A stretch of 63,588 nucleotides of DNA, filler included, from Bigelowiella natans CCMP2755 (GCA_000320545.1; 6 parts of 6 records of this genome joined end to end with filler, not necessarily neighbours in it), one strand, 5' to 3'; counted from the first letter of the whole stretch, positions 25,954 through 39,697 are shown. Notes: generated from the letters alone by a model not told the origin. Made by a program: numbers and translations.

Positions 25954-26451
25954 CATATGTGTGTGTGTGTGCGTGTGTGTGTGAGTGTGTATAGCGAGGA
26001 GATGTCCGGTGAATGCAGTCTGCGTCTCACACAGGTTCGTGCTTGGAGTATACGTAAGGGAAAGAAAGCTCCCCAGGCTGCCGGAGTGATCCACGGGGAC
26101 TTCGAGAAGCACTTCATCAAAGCAGATTGTTACAATTTCGAGGCTTTAAAGGAGTGCGGGAGCGAAGCAGCGGTAGTTAGTAGATGCAGAAATTGAATGA
26201 AAACGCATGCGCGGTCACGCCGTTTCGCACACATTAATGAGGATTCTGGTACCTCGATTATCAGGTTAAGGCTGCTGGTAAGTTGCGGGGCCAGGGGAAA
26301 GAATATGTCGTCGCTGATGGCGACATTATTCTCTTTCATCACAACGCAGGTACGTAAAGCGAGCAGAGTTTGCTGCGTCTCTTATGATGTGGGCTGGTGC
26401 TAATAATGTCGTTTTGTACTATTCGAAGGTGGGGCAGGAAAGAAGAAGTAA
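23546..26451 (+). CDS. OLA1: Obg-like ATPase OLA1/YchF, multi-exon
   Basis: [86 protein letters not shown]. Confidence 0.95.
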
Positions 26452-27212
26452 TTCGCGAAGGAGCGTAGTGTTGGCATTGTTGCTGTGTAGCGACTTTTAG
26501 GAACAAAGTTATAATGCCGCGGTTGTTATGGAGTTATATTATTATCACTCAATTGCTTTCGATCAGGGATTCTTAATGAGCCATTCGGCCAATTGGGAGA
26601 CTGCCTCTATCTACATGCTGCTGCTGTGTGTGATTGCATGATCAAACGTCATACATGTGGCCCAAGCAAGTAGCACACAATTACGCGTGTATTGCTGTGA
26701 TCATATGGCCTAAAGTCGCGCGTGAGCATCCATGCTACACACAACATGTGCTAGCATGTGTGGCTATAGCTAGGGCTCTATCTAGCTACATATATGCTTA
26801 TTGCCAAATCACCAAACAGCACTAGAGCACTAGAGCAACTAGATTGAAAAATTGCGCGTGTAACGTTATTGTCATCCAGATCTATGTGTTCTACTCTCCT
26901 AGCTAGCTAGCTAGCTCTCCATAGCCAGACATGTGCGTATTGCATGATTTATGTGCTCAGTGCTGCGCTACGCATGCTAGCATGCGCATAGCTGCAGATA
27001 CGGGGCATACACTATCTTGTACATGACTTTTAGTCGCTTTCAGGAACCTCACTAGTTCAATTGCTTGCATTGGCCACACAGAACTAGACGTGTGATTGCT
27101 GACGTTTGGCTCTCACAACCAACATCAAAAGCATTTCATGTTGCACAGATTGCTGTAATGAGAAATGTGGTGAAATTCGGGCGAGAATTCCAAACAGCCA
27201 CAAAACCTTTGT

Positions 27213-27491
27213 TTACTCATAAATCATAGCCGCATTGACATCCGTGTGCGAAATTACGCCTTCAGGGAACCATAGCTTGATCTCCTTTGCAGCTGATTCG
27301 TGGGAGTCACTTCCGTGGCAAATGTTCCTTCCAATATCAATGCATAGGTCGCCTCTGATAGTTCCTGGCGCGCTGTCCGCTGGGTTAGTGGCACCGAGTA
27401 ACTTGCGTCCTCCATATGGAGCGTTGAGTCCCTCCCACACCATAGCAAAGACAGGACCTTTGAAAAAGAATGGCAGGAAATATAAAATATA

Positions 27492-27536
<45 letters not shown>

Positions 27537-27795
27537 TCGTTCGAATATAATGAAGACATCAGGTACCAGAGGTCATGTACTTGATGAGACCAGGGAAAAA
27601 CTTCTTCGACTTGAGATCCTCGTAGTGAGTTTCAAGTTTCTCCTGCGAAGGCTTCTCGAGCTTCGCAGCGACGAGCTTGAACCCCTTCTTTTGGAATCGG
27701 GACATGATTTCAGGGACTAGGCCGCGGGACACGCCATCAGGCTTGACCATGATGAAGGTCTGGTCAGTCTTGGAAGCCTTTTTTCCTTCGGACAT
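27213..27795 (-). CDS. NDK: Nucleoside diphosphate kinase, 2 exons
   Basis: [14 protein letters not shown]|[25 protein letters not shown] (catalytic His). Confidence 0.96.
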
Positions 27796-28285
27796 TGTAC
27801 AGTGCTGGTTGGAGAGTAGATTGCGTCGTTGTCGTTGCTGCGGCGATTTCGGGAAATGCAGCATTTCGGCGGTAAATTCGAAAATAATTAATCGGTCAGT
27901 TGAAAAAAATCATGGGGTTTTCATCTTACGACAGGAAAACCGTTGCTCGAAACGTCCACTCGCGCCTACGGAGGTGTATTTCACCTCGAAAACTGCCGGT
28001 TGACACATGTCGCATATTGATTTTGCAATTCATTTGTGTGCTCAGCCGCCGCTGGGATGAAACGCCCACTGCAAGCGACAAACACCTCGCGTAATTCGGG
28101 TAGAATTTATTGTCGCATCATGTAAATGTTCTATGTTTAGATCAGAATTTCTGAACCGAGCCATCCCTAGAAACTTCGGTAACAACTCGTGGACATTCTT
28201 TATCATCAACTCCACCCGTACAGGGCGTTCCCTACCCTCCCCCCCACACCCAGAGGCCTGTTGCTGTGCAGTAGATCAGCCAGCC

Positions 28286-29880
28286 ATGCCTCACAATCGA
28301 CATCATAGAAACATGGTCTCTGTAGGCTTCGACTTCAATGTAATGAAGAAGGAGTCTGGGTCTATCACTGAAGATAAAACTGAGGCGGGTACTTGTCCCT
28401 CAATGCCCTACATGCTGATTTTCCCTGACCATTTGCCATATACAGCTGCGCCTCAGGACCCGGAACCTCGCATCAGTGATATCGACCCAAAGTTTAGCGA
28501 AAGTACTATGATGTGGAAGAAGAAATCCCTTTTCATGCAGAGAAACTAACCGCGAAACGCTCGTCTTTTTAGTAAAAATAGTTGTTCTCTTGCTGACGGG
28601 CGTTGTACTCAATCCGACCTGGTTTCTCTGCTACCTATTGATGGTTTGATGATATATCAGGTCTCACTCGTGAGGAATCTTTGATTAAAAGTATCCTTTT
28701 AAATGCTGCTAGTGGCGTCTTGAGCTACAGTTCAAGCTGGGACAAGAAGAGCGAGATAAAAAACATTTGGAACAATTCGTTCGCAAAACAAATGAAAAAG
28801 GGCATCAAGGAAGCATGGGATATTTTTGAAGAGGTATATGCCTCAACGGGGTCTTTAGAAGGGAAGGCATTGGGTCCCAGCGATAGATATAGGCTTATGG
28901 ATCGCTTGATGGAAATTATCTCGTCGCGCGTTCGCAGAGGGCGAAAGGCCTTTCAGGAGGGCCTCGAGGCAAAGAAGCTCGTTACTGTTATGACATTTGA
29001 CAATCTCAACGACGTACACCCTCTGCATAAAGCTCTAGGGAGGATTTTCGACTTGTACGATTCGCAACAACAGGGGAGACTACCTGAAAGCAAAATCCGC
29101 GAAATCGCGCAGATTTGTACCAAAATCGGGTACGATTCTCTGTGCAAGATCAACTCAATTGGCGCAGATTTCTTCGCATCTACACAGTGGTTTCCTAGAA
29201 TGCTTTCGGAGATAGGCAAGGATCTAGTCAGGGAAAGGGCGTTCCATAAAATTACGCACAAACTTATAGACGCGGAGCAAAAAGATAAATACATCCAAAT
29301 CCTGAATATGCACTTAAGCGACGAAGACGGTACTACTAAAAACTAATATCAACCGCCAACTTGAGTTGCCATGTAAACAGAGGCTCGTTTGCAGGTGATT
29401 ATGTCTCAGAGCATGAGCTGACTATGCACTCGCTTCAACTGAGCTCTCAAATATCGTTCGCAACGAAGAAAATCGTGAAGAAGAACAAGATACGGAGATT
29501 CTTTTTAGCTTCTTTTACTGGCGGGGAAGACTTGTGCTCAAAGGAAGATTTCGTGGAAAACTTCTCAAGGGCCTGGTCACAGAGTCTAGATGCGCACGCG
29601 AAGGAGCTCGAGATAGTAGAGGAATTCCTGATAAATGACAACGTGGAGTTTTATACGAGGGGCATCCTTAAACTTGAAGAAAAGGTGGGTTAAGAGCAAT
29701 CACCCAAAAGAATTTTCCCGGTCTAGGTATTAACGAGGGATTATGCGATTTCGTATTTAGGTCTTTTTGGCTGGCCACTCTGCGTTCATTGGAAACTCAA
29801 GGAGGAGCCGACACGCGAGGAAATCCTCAACCTCTTATTCATCCTCAAAAGTTAGTGACGAAAATTGTAGTATATCTTAA
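28286..29880 (+). CDS. Hypothetical protein with EF-hand-like segment and C-terminal CaaX-like CSIS
   Basis: Long coding exons 28661-29340 and 29395-29684; IFDLYDSQQQGRLPESKI; inferred last exon 29761-29880 ends DENCSIS*. Confidence 0.55.
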
Positions 29881-30808
29881 TATGCTGATAGGGAATATGT
29901 ACAAATGTGTACCATATTGGACGACAAACCGAACTCGGTGAGTTAATAATAAAGAAATTGAAAGCTATGAAGACTGCCGCGCCAAGTTGCTGCGGAGCAC
30001 AGTAGCTTATCTAGTTATATCTAGGTGTATCGATAGCGTCACTATGCTTTGTGGCACATAAACATCCCACTCAAGCTTACTGTAGACACAGTGTATACTA
30101 TTATTGTGCGTACACGTGGATTCATCATACGGCTAAATTTCATATGTGATATACGTGCACAGCTAGATAGTATACAAGCCACGATGCCATACAGCGCTAG
30201 ACAGCTAATAATAGGCATACATGCAGCCTATCTAGCTATAGCACAGCAACGAGATGTTAGTTCCACGTTATAATGGCCTCGATGCAGCGTGGGCATCATT
30301 CTTATATAGATTCTAGCGCTGCATGCATGTGGCAGACTATAAGCTCGCACTACATAATTACACATACATGATATATAAATGCATGATCGAGCAGCATAGA
30401 CTCCATGGCATATTTGAGCCCTGTATGTTTCAGTGATGGCTGACTTCTGAGTTCGCGACGCGGCTGCAACTAGGCGAATCATAATTCTTCAGGTGATCGA
30501 ACGAACTGCTGCCATACATTTGCATTGGTGGTGCGTTCTCGACGTACATGCATGCAGCGATAAAACACTCTACCAGCTGCGAGTGTCACAGCATACGGCT
30601 TCACTTATTATCATCATACAGGTATACTATCGTAACGTTTTACAAAAGAAAACACAAAAAAACAGGGGGGGGACGAAGTCAGACGTAGCTAGGATTTCAC
30701 TCCCAAGAGAGAAGGGGGGGCTAGGGAGATATAGCTCTCTCGGTGTTTCGCCCTCTAGAACCAACACATAGCTTCTGCTGATGTGGTATATCTTGAGGAA
30801 ATGCATCA

Positions 30809-30938
30809 TTAGTCATCATAGTTCATCGGTGTAGCTGAAGGCAGGCCTGCGATCGCATCTTCTAGAAGCTGCTTGGGATCTGCTGAGGGAGCGGCATCAC
30901 TTCTCTCCTATCATGTGAGTGATGGTGAGAATGTTAAA

Positions 30939-30978
<40 letters not shown>

Positions 30979-31630
30979 GGAACACTTACGTAAAAGCAAA
31001 AAGACTGTTATATTGATTTTGGCAGTCCCAACGACAGTGAAGGTACATGTGGCGTGATCACGGAGCGAAAGCCGTTTCCAAAATCAGTGATAGTCGAGAG
31101 CCGCCGAAACGGTAATAACGGCGGAAAATCGATCACGCAGCGCATTGAATCGACGGGCGGATGAAAAAGCCGCCGCATGCATGCAAGCAAAAACATAACT
31201 CACAAGCATACCTGCTGCACGTTGGATGAGGATCGCAGCTTAGACAAGAACCCGGGACTTCTCTCTATAATATCTGCCCCTGGAAGCACCGCATTGCTGT
31301 ATGGCAGCGGCTCTCCACTCACTGCGCAGGATCGAAAAATTAGCCGTTATATCGGAAAATGGCAGAGGGAAGATGCCGCAAAGGAAATATCATTGTTCGT
31401 GAGAGGACATGGAAAAAATGATAGCATTCGCCGTCGATGCGAGCAGGAAATCAGCGCCGTTATAACGATAACGGCCTCATCAGCAACGCCACGATCGCTC
31501 ACTTAGCTCGGGGCACAAGCAGCAGCAGCCGCAACTACCTAATGACAGAGTGTTGACTTCAATGAGGCCTTGGGGGAGATTGCCTGTTCCCGCCCCGCTC
31601 ACACGGCTGTTTTCGTCGAGCCATAGCTAC
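30809..31630 (-). CDS. 3' part of an unidentified spliced gene, truncated by gap
   Basis: AG/GT-bounded exon-like segments (GEPLPYSNAVLPGADIIERSPG; DPKQLLEDAIAGLPSATPMNYDD*). Confidence 0.35.
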
Positions 31631-31808
31631 GACGAGGAGGAGGCAAATGAAGGTTATAGATGGGGATAAAGCGGGGGGGGCGGAGTTACGTCGTTGGTGA
31701 AACAAACGAATGAATCAAGAAAACGGAGTGGTGTATAGGACGAAGAGGAGGAAAATGAGAAATTGCTACATGACTCCTACATCATGATAACGTTGCTATT
31801 TCTCTCTC

Positions 31809-31855
<47 letters not shown>

Positions 31856-31859
31856 CCCC

Positions 31860-31959
31860 NNNNNNNNNNNNNNNNNNNNNNNNNNNNNNNNNNNNNNNNN
31901 NNNTTAATTAATTAANNNNNNNNNNNNNNNNNNNNNNNNNNNNNNNNNNNNNNNNNNNN
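31860..31959. other. Assembly gap with artificial TTAATTAATTAA linker (also 42780-42879, 47503-47602, 49033-49132, 61567-61666)
   Basis: Identical 100-bp N blocks with a central linker carrying stops in all six frames. Confidence 0.97.
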
Positions 31960-32059
31960 AGGATGATGCTTGTGTGTTCGCGTGCTCTCGCATTCCTCCC
32001 TCTCCCCCCCCCTCTCTCTCTCCCTCCCTCCTTCCTTTGAATTCCCGCTTCTTGTTATT

Positions 32060-34847
32060 CTTCATTCTCTCGCCTGCAAGCACGGTACCCCACTCTTCAC
32101 AGCTGTGGAGTTGTTGGCGGCCACAAACTCTCTGTCCATTATCGACCACACACACACACAAACACACACGTCAATTCACGCTGCGTCAGAAATCAGGGGA
32201 GGATGATGATGATGATGGTGACGACGACGACGACGATGACGACGATAACGACAATGGTGGTGGTGATAAGGAGGGGTGATGATAACGACGTAGCAGTACT
32301 GTTTGGCGGCACAGGACAGACCTATGTGCGTTGTGAATTAAAGCAGAAGTGCTATCCGTCAGAATTCTCCGCGCAGAATGGGCCACAAAGGATGGCGAGG
32401 ACATCGACGCCGATGAGGATGGGGGGGGGGAGGAGGACGTCCTGTTGTACGGTTAGGATAGCGTGGGGTTAATGGCAATCAGCAGCATTTCCACGATGAT
32501 CAACATCGCCATCATCACTATCGTCGTCGCGCGCGTTCGTGAGCATGTTCTTTCCTAGGAACATCTGACGGCGACGATATTCACAGGTTTGATAACGACA
32601 TCGTAGAGACGAGAAATCACTCAACCACCGCCCCAACGTGTTAATATATAACTTTCTTATTTCTCTTTCTCTCTTCCCTGATAACGTACGTGGGGGGGGA
32701 TGGCAGCGACGAGTCGCTTTCTTTGTCGTCGGTGGCTCTTCTTCCTTCGTCAGAATCATCTACGTTCCACAGCTTCTCCCCCCCCCCAACAGCTGTCACA
32801 GCAGAGCTGAGCACTGAGATTTGACTTATGATCTCAGAGAGCGCCTGGAGGATCTCGACCTTGACTCCGGAGTCCCTGTTTCGCAAAGAGGGGCAGTAGG
32901 AGGAAGAGAATGAAAATTATGTTTGGGATTTTCTTCATCGTAATGTTCGTTGTATGGGCTCCGTTGAAGGCACCATGGCGCGCACGCACACACGCACACG
33001 TAAAGAGTACACGCAATACCATCCACAGCGACAGAGAGAGACGACATCGAAACTCACCGTTCTTTCATACGATCGACGAGGGCGGTGAGGACTTTGCTCA
33101 GATACGTGTTCTCCAGCAGGGCAGGGGTGGTTGCTGTCCCTTTCTTCCACTCATTGTCCCCCCCCCCTCCCTGCTCGTCTCCTTCGTCAAGGGTCATAGG
33201 CTGGCGCTTTCCACCCTCTTTGACACCCGACGTCGTCGTCGTCGCCGGGATCGGTTGGAGGAGGGAATTCGGTTTGGAGCGAACGAAAGTCGACAAAGCG
33301 CGTGCCTAGGGGGGGGGGGGGACAGTACAATCAAGTAAAGGACTCGTTTTTTAATGCGAAACGAAAGGCAGCATTGCTGTGGTTCTTGCTGCTGTTTGTT
33401 GATGACATGAAAATTGCTATACTGATAAAGATGGTGGTGACGATGATGATAGTGATGATAGTCATTGCTGCCCTAATGTATATCATCTTGCTCCCGTGTT
33501 CTCATTAGATCGAGGGTGCGAATCTACCACAGCTCTCCTAATCTTCCAGCTGCTGTCGGCCTCATCAGCGGCCCCTTCGGATAGTAGCTCACCAAACTCA
33601 TCGTCGCCGCCCCAGTCCTCTCCTTCCTCCTCCTCTTCCTCCTTGTCCTCTTCCTCCTCCTTTTCCTCGGCGCTATTCTTATCGTTGAGGTTATCGTCGT
33701 CTAAGTAGGTGTAGTTCGGATCGTAATCTAACAGTCTCAGCATCGTCACCACCATGAGAGGAAGATGCGCAGATGCCTGGAGGTAAGGTTGGGGGGAGGG
33801 GGCTGAATGGGTGAGGTTATCCAACAGCGGCGACAGAAAACATGCTAGGGATCGTCACCATCATCGCCATCACCACCAACACCACCATCATCATCACTCC
33901 ACAACTACACGAATCCATTGGAAAAGGTAGAGGAACAAGAGGGGGGGGGGCAAACGAGACACTTCCACCACCCCCACCCACCTGTTTCGGGCACTCTCGT
34001 AGGATGCTAGCGTAGGCCTGTATACAATTTGACCAAAGCTCCGCCCGCGCCTCCTCCTCCTCATTGCCGTCCAACTCTCCCTCCCCATCCCCTTTCCCAT
34101 CCGGTGCCGGGGGGTCTGCACTCCTCCCCCCCCTCTTCGAGTCGTCGTCGCCCGCAAAACTCTGGTTGAGGGCTGGTAAGATGGTGGATAGATAACGAGC
34201 TACACGCACGCCGGACGACTGGCTAAGAAAGCACAACCAAAAAAAGGGGGGGGGGAGGGGTCAGGCCCATAGTTGCGCGTGATGAATAAAGTCAGGATTT
34301 TCTTTCCTTCCTCTTTCCCTTTACAGGAGTACAAAACTGTGACTAGTTAGATGGGCAGGACCATATGAGGCTGATGGTTTGGATGTACGCGACACTGGCG
34401 GAGCTTCTTCGACTCGCACCCGCAGCAACGACCCCGATCTGCTTCGTGATGTGCTCGATGAGCTTCTTGAACGCGTCCTCCTTCAAGTGACGGGCCAGCT
34501 CGCCTGAGGAAATCGAAAGAGCCAGAATGTTCCCTCAATACGTGCAACGTCTCAAATATATCTTCTGCAGAAATGCACGTCGCATTCTTCTCAAGATATG
34601 CTGCTATTACCATCGTTACCTAAGGCGAAGCTTGCTCGCTTTCTGAGGGCGGGTTGTGCAGCACTGAGCAGTCTTTGAAGCGTCTGGACAATTGCATCAT
34701 ATTCACTTACTAGTGCGCTGCCTAAACGCGCGAGCAGCTCCTGAGAAGGTGGAGGGAGGGAGGGAGGGAGGGAGTGAAGGAGAGAGGGAGCAGGGAGGGA
34801 GAGTAGGAAATACCAATAAGCAATGATATGTAGAGGCTTCGTTTCAT

Positions 34848-34899
<52 letters not shown>

Positions 34900-34957
34900 A
34901 CAGACCAAGGGGAAAGAGAGAGAGTGAGTGGGTGGTAGAGAGAGAGAGTGAGTGAGT

Positions 34958-34989
<32 letters not shown>

Positions 34990-35912
34990 ACAAGAAGAGG
35001 AGAAGCAAGCTGCAAAGCTACAGTAGCATCTACTACTACTACTGAACCACTACCTTAAGGATATCAAGACAAATAGAATGCATGGTCCCATCGCCTGTGA
35101 TCGGCTGCTTCAGCCCGAGAAGGAGATGCTTCGACAAGGTGCTTGCGAGTTTGTGGCCGTCCTTGGGCTTCAAGGCAGCGAGAGCTGTACGAAGACTAAT
35201 GCCGTACACATCTCGGTTGGCACTTTGCTTCGCGTCTGCAACGAGGGACCTATTTGGGGTGTTGTTGGCATGATGATGATGATGGTGATGCTGCTCCGTT
35301 TATACAATAAAGCGTACTGGTAGTGTGCCTACTGCGCACATCTTGGTCTAAGACTACTCACCCCAGCTTTCCGATGATGTCGGCGACTTGTGGGGCGTCA
35401 AATTTACGTACGAGAGTCGAGAGGCACCGCACTAAGCAGAGTTAGCGAGGCGATAAATAATGGTGTCAGATTATTCGACGTATGTCAACTATCACAGAGA
35501 TGGGAATTGGAAAGATTCCCCTCGTTTGCTACACCCATTTCTTCTCCTTGCTTAATCGTGTATTCTTAGTGTTGTCGGAACGTGAGCGAGTACCTGCTAC
35601 GGTTTGAACGTCCGTGTTTTTGTCGTCGAGCTGCGTAATTATTGCACGGCGGATGCGACATTGTAGAGTTGACTCAAGCACATCAACCTTCTCAAGCTCA
35701 GCGGTCAGGTCGTGCGTTGCCATATATCGCGTATCGAAGTCATGGTGCGTGGTCTGTCGTAACACAGAGTTTTGCATGATGTGAGGTTGCTTGAGAACTG
35801 CAAGGATTGTGCTCTTTTCGTATACAAGAAAGATTCGTGTCTGAATGATGGGTCAATCACTTACGTCTTTCAGATACTGGTTGATCTTTCGAAGATTTCG
35901 GCCACTCATCAT
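32060..35912 (-). CDS. CAND1: Cullin-associated NEDD8-dissociated protein 1, 5' portion
   Basis: HDFDTRYMATHDL, LDDKNTDVQTVAVRCL, DVYGISLRT, ALRKRASFALG, DYDPNYTY, SSWKIRRA, DSGVKVEILQA. Confidence 0.9.
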
Positions 35913-36344
35913 CTTTGCCTCCGTTCTAGCGACTCGCTTCACCCTATCCGAAAGATATTTGACTTCAACCACTACATACGCGCGCCTCTAGCCCTCTAGG
36001 CTCGCTTTCATGCTCATCATACCATCTACTGCCTCAGGCATTCGGTCTAAGATAACACATACCTCTTCTAAATTGATCTCCTCTGGCCTTCGTGAACAAA
36101 AAGATGGACCAATCCTGAGAGGGGAAGAGGGAAATGCGATTCTTCCTTGTCCTGCAGCAACTGAGGGTAATTATGGAAAAATAAGTATACCAAGAACTTC
36201 GTAACTTTGAATCAATTTTTCACACCGTCATATTTCAAAATGGAACGCCGCCCTATGAAAGTTGCTTGAAAGCGCTTCGAATTTACGAAATGTTCCCATT
36301 TGGATGCAGACGCATTTGACATTAATTTTTTCCAAACATTCATA

Positions 36345-39300
36345 GTTCATTTCTTTCTGATGACACTTGCCAAGAACTGGCATGGCAAGCTGCAAGTGCA
36401 CTCATCGAAGTGGAACGAACTGGCGAAGCTGGGCTTCCACTTTCGATGGTGATGTCATGCTGGCATGCACATTGGTCATGCGGCTCAAAGTGAGGCACCG
36501 CGAGCAAGAATTTCGTGAAACATCAAGGTGCCGTGCACCCGCCGGTGGGGGCGTGCCAGCGTGGGTTGCACACGCACGCTGGCGTGCCAGCACGAGACAC
36601 ACGGATCTTGACCCTGGCGTGTGCTGTGCCATGCGTGGGGGCGGGAATCACCGATCGACACCGCTGACCGCGCTAGCGCGTCACGTTCGCATCCGCTGAT
36701 CCTCTTTGTGCAATGCAATGTGCCACATGGAATCGCATGCGAAGTGGTGATGCGATGCAACAAGCCCATGCGAACGCGATCAGCGCAGATGATGACGATT
36801 GCCGTGAGATGCATCATTGCATTCGCTTCCATGCCAGCATGTGTCATGCTGGCATGAGTGCGCACCCAGAGCTGTCAGGTTGCGCTTGCTAGCAGGCTCA
36901 GTGCATCATGCTTGCCTGGACAGATCGCATCCAACGAACTGTGCACACGAAGAATCAAGTTTGGAAACCACATCTGACCATCACATGTCTGGCATGCCAG
37001 CATGCACATCATCATCACATTCCAGCATTGTCGAGGTTTCAGATGATCCGTCGACGAGGGACATCCCAGCATCGTTGCTAGCGTTGGCTAGTTGGTTTGC
37101 ACGAAGATCCACTCGCAATCGAGGTGTGATGTCATCAATCTGGCGTGGGTCAGTCCAGTCTAGCAGTGTTCCATTGCAGCATGGCATCGCACGCCACGTG
37201 CGCTTGAATTTCATTGCGTGCTGTGCAATTGTCATTGCAATGATGGCCATGCCAGCATGCTGCAATCTAGGTCATCGTCGATCGTGTGTTGCACATGTGC
37301 ATGTGTGGTCACAGCAATGCAATCACATTGATTTGCATCCACATGCACCACGCTGTACCTAAATGGTGCTGCAGGTTGAATCGCTGCCTGCTGCCACACA
37401 TGTGTGTTTGGCATGACCCAGCTTGCAGCTGCTGTGCAAAAAGTGTCATGACTGATGAATGTCTTCGATGCGCATCGTTTGCAAATTTGATGAATGATTG
37501 AATCAGTAATACCGATCATGGTAGACGTTATTCTGATGACCATCATTAGAGCTACCGCAAGTTTTGTCTGCAACAAACTCTGCACAGAACAAAGCTTCTG
37601 TGGCAAGGTAACGTGCAATCATTTTCCTGATGAAATGCATGGGTGTGCTCTTGTTAGGCAAGCACGTTACGTTAAAGTCTGAAAGGGCGAAACGAATGAA
37701 CCTTCTCTTCATTCGCGCCATCTGGTGTCTCTGGCGCTTTTGGTGGTCAGCCTAGGAAGAGATCCACACTTAAATGTTGCAACAGACACAACGCAATGTG
37801 CATACATGTGTGCATGCATGTACACATGTACATGATCCAATTGCTTCATCATCTAATAACGAACATCAATTTTCATCATCGATTTTTGCAAATGGTTATC
37901 GTAGCACAACACAACCTCACATCGATGGTATTTATTTAGGTAAAGATATTCATGATAGTAGTAGTGTTGAATTCGTTAGTCCAACAAGCTGCATTGATTT
38001 CGTTCATAACAATTTAGGGACAGATCATGCAAATCGGATTTTATCAAACAATGATGGTGCATGTGTACATATGTATACACATATGTACATATATATACAC
38101 ACATGTATATGCATATATATGTACATATATACATGTATACACAATGTACATATATCATGCAAACAATGAACGCAACGCAACATGACATGTGCACAACATG
38201 TACAAGGGGAAAGGCATTGTCAGTAGTAGCACCGAGTGGCTGACCTTTCCACAATGGCTGCATTGAGCACAATGGTTGTATTGGCATCCATGGCAAATCT
38301 TTGCAGCTCCAAGTCCAGTTGAAGGCTGCCCAGACTTTGGAAAATGCTGATAAGTAGAAAACTCATGCATTTCCAAGAATTCTCCAACGTGCGAATGAGT
38401 GCCCCACCAGACAACAGCAGTGGTCAGTCTTCTTATGACCTCGCCCCCCACGACCTTTGCAAGATCTAAAATGATATTCCTCAACAACAGTAACTGAACG
38501 AGGCGGAGATAAATGAGACCTTCGTAGGCGTTTGTTGGTGCGAAAGCGACCCCCACGCCTCATCACACCGATTAGAGCAGACTGGGCCGTCCTTCCGACA
38601 GACGTTTCCCGACCTTAAATCAAATGATTTCGTTGTCGCAACACAAAAAAACCCATGGGAAAATATTCTTCGGGCCCGACGGATTCGCAGAAGTGTCCGC
38701 GAACTTGCCGCAGGGTGTGCTCCAAGAATCAAAATGGCGAAGGTTCTTTCTTTCTTTCTTTCGAATCAAGCATCACTCAATTTGGCTGCAACAGCCATCT
38801 GAGTCATCGTGCATGCCAAATCGCTCGGTGCTTTCTCAGCTTTGGAGTCTGTTCATTCACTCATTCGAACAATGACAGAAAACGAATTTCGAAGAAGGGG
38901 TGAAGTTGATTCGGCCATGAACGTGTGGGAATCTCTGTCTACGAGCACAAGTGGCTGTGACGCCACCACTCCTGGGACTGCAATGTTTGCAACGCTGTTG
39001 GCAGAGTGATGGTGGCATTCAATTGAACAGTGGGTGGAAAGTGCAGTGCTCTGGTGCTCCCGACAGCGTCACTGCTTGGACGAGCACTGCTTCTCACGAT
39101 CCAATCACCTGCTCCTTGCCAAGTTGGCACTACTGTTCAGAGTGGCTTGCCCAAAGGACTGGGAGTTCTCCGGGCGAACCTTCACGGGTGCTCGAGCGTC
39201 GGTTCAACAGCACACTGACTTGCAGTTGCTTTTGAGATCGATGGAGAACGATGACATCCATCACACTGCCGTTGCGCTTGCAACAGCAACAAAAGAATCA

Positions 39301-39666
39301 TGAGACTCCACACCAACTGCCATGCACAAGTTTCAGCAAAGCTTGGGATCAATCTAGCAATGCCCATCTAGGTGAAAGTGCAAAGTTGCAACGTCATGGC
39401 ATTTGCTTGATCAACGTGCAAGGCCAGATCGAGTGTCATTGCTGCGAGATTGGAACGAACATTGCCGTCAGCATGACCTTGAGCTTGAGCGTCATGCATC
39501 CAGTGACTTGCCATGATGAGATGAGCATGTTGGTGGCGATCATGCTAGCAGGATGTGATGACTCATGTAGCGATGACTGGACATGCACATGCGCTAGCTC
39601 TGCTGGCCCAACTGCTATCCACATGCAACAAGTGCAGGATTGCACATCCAACGACACACACACACA

Positions 39667-39697
<31 letters not shown>

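Noticed and set aside
31860-31959. Repeated TTAATTAATTAA palindrome within N runs
   Set aside because: Artificial scaffolding linker; adjacency across gaps is therefore not trusted.
36367-37618. Many overlapping His/Cys/Met-rich ORFs
   Set aside because: By-product of losing TAA/TAG stop codons through TpA depletion.
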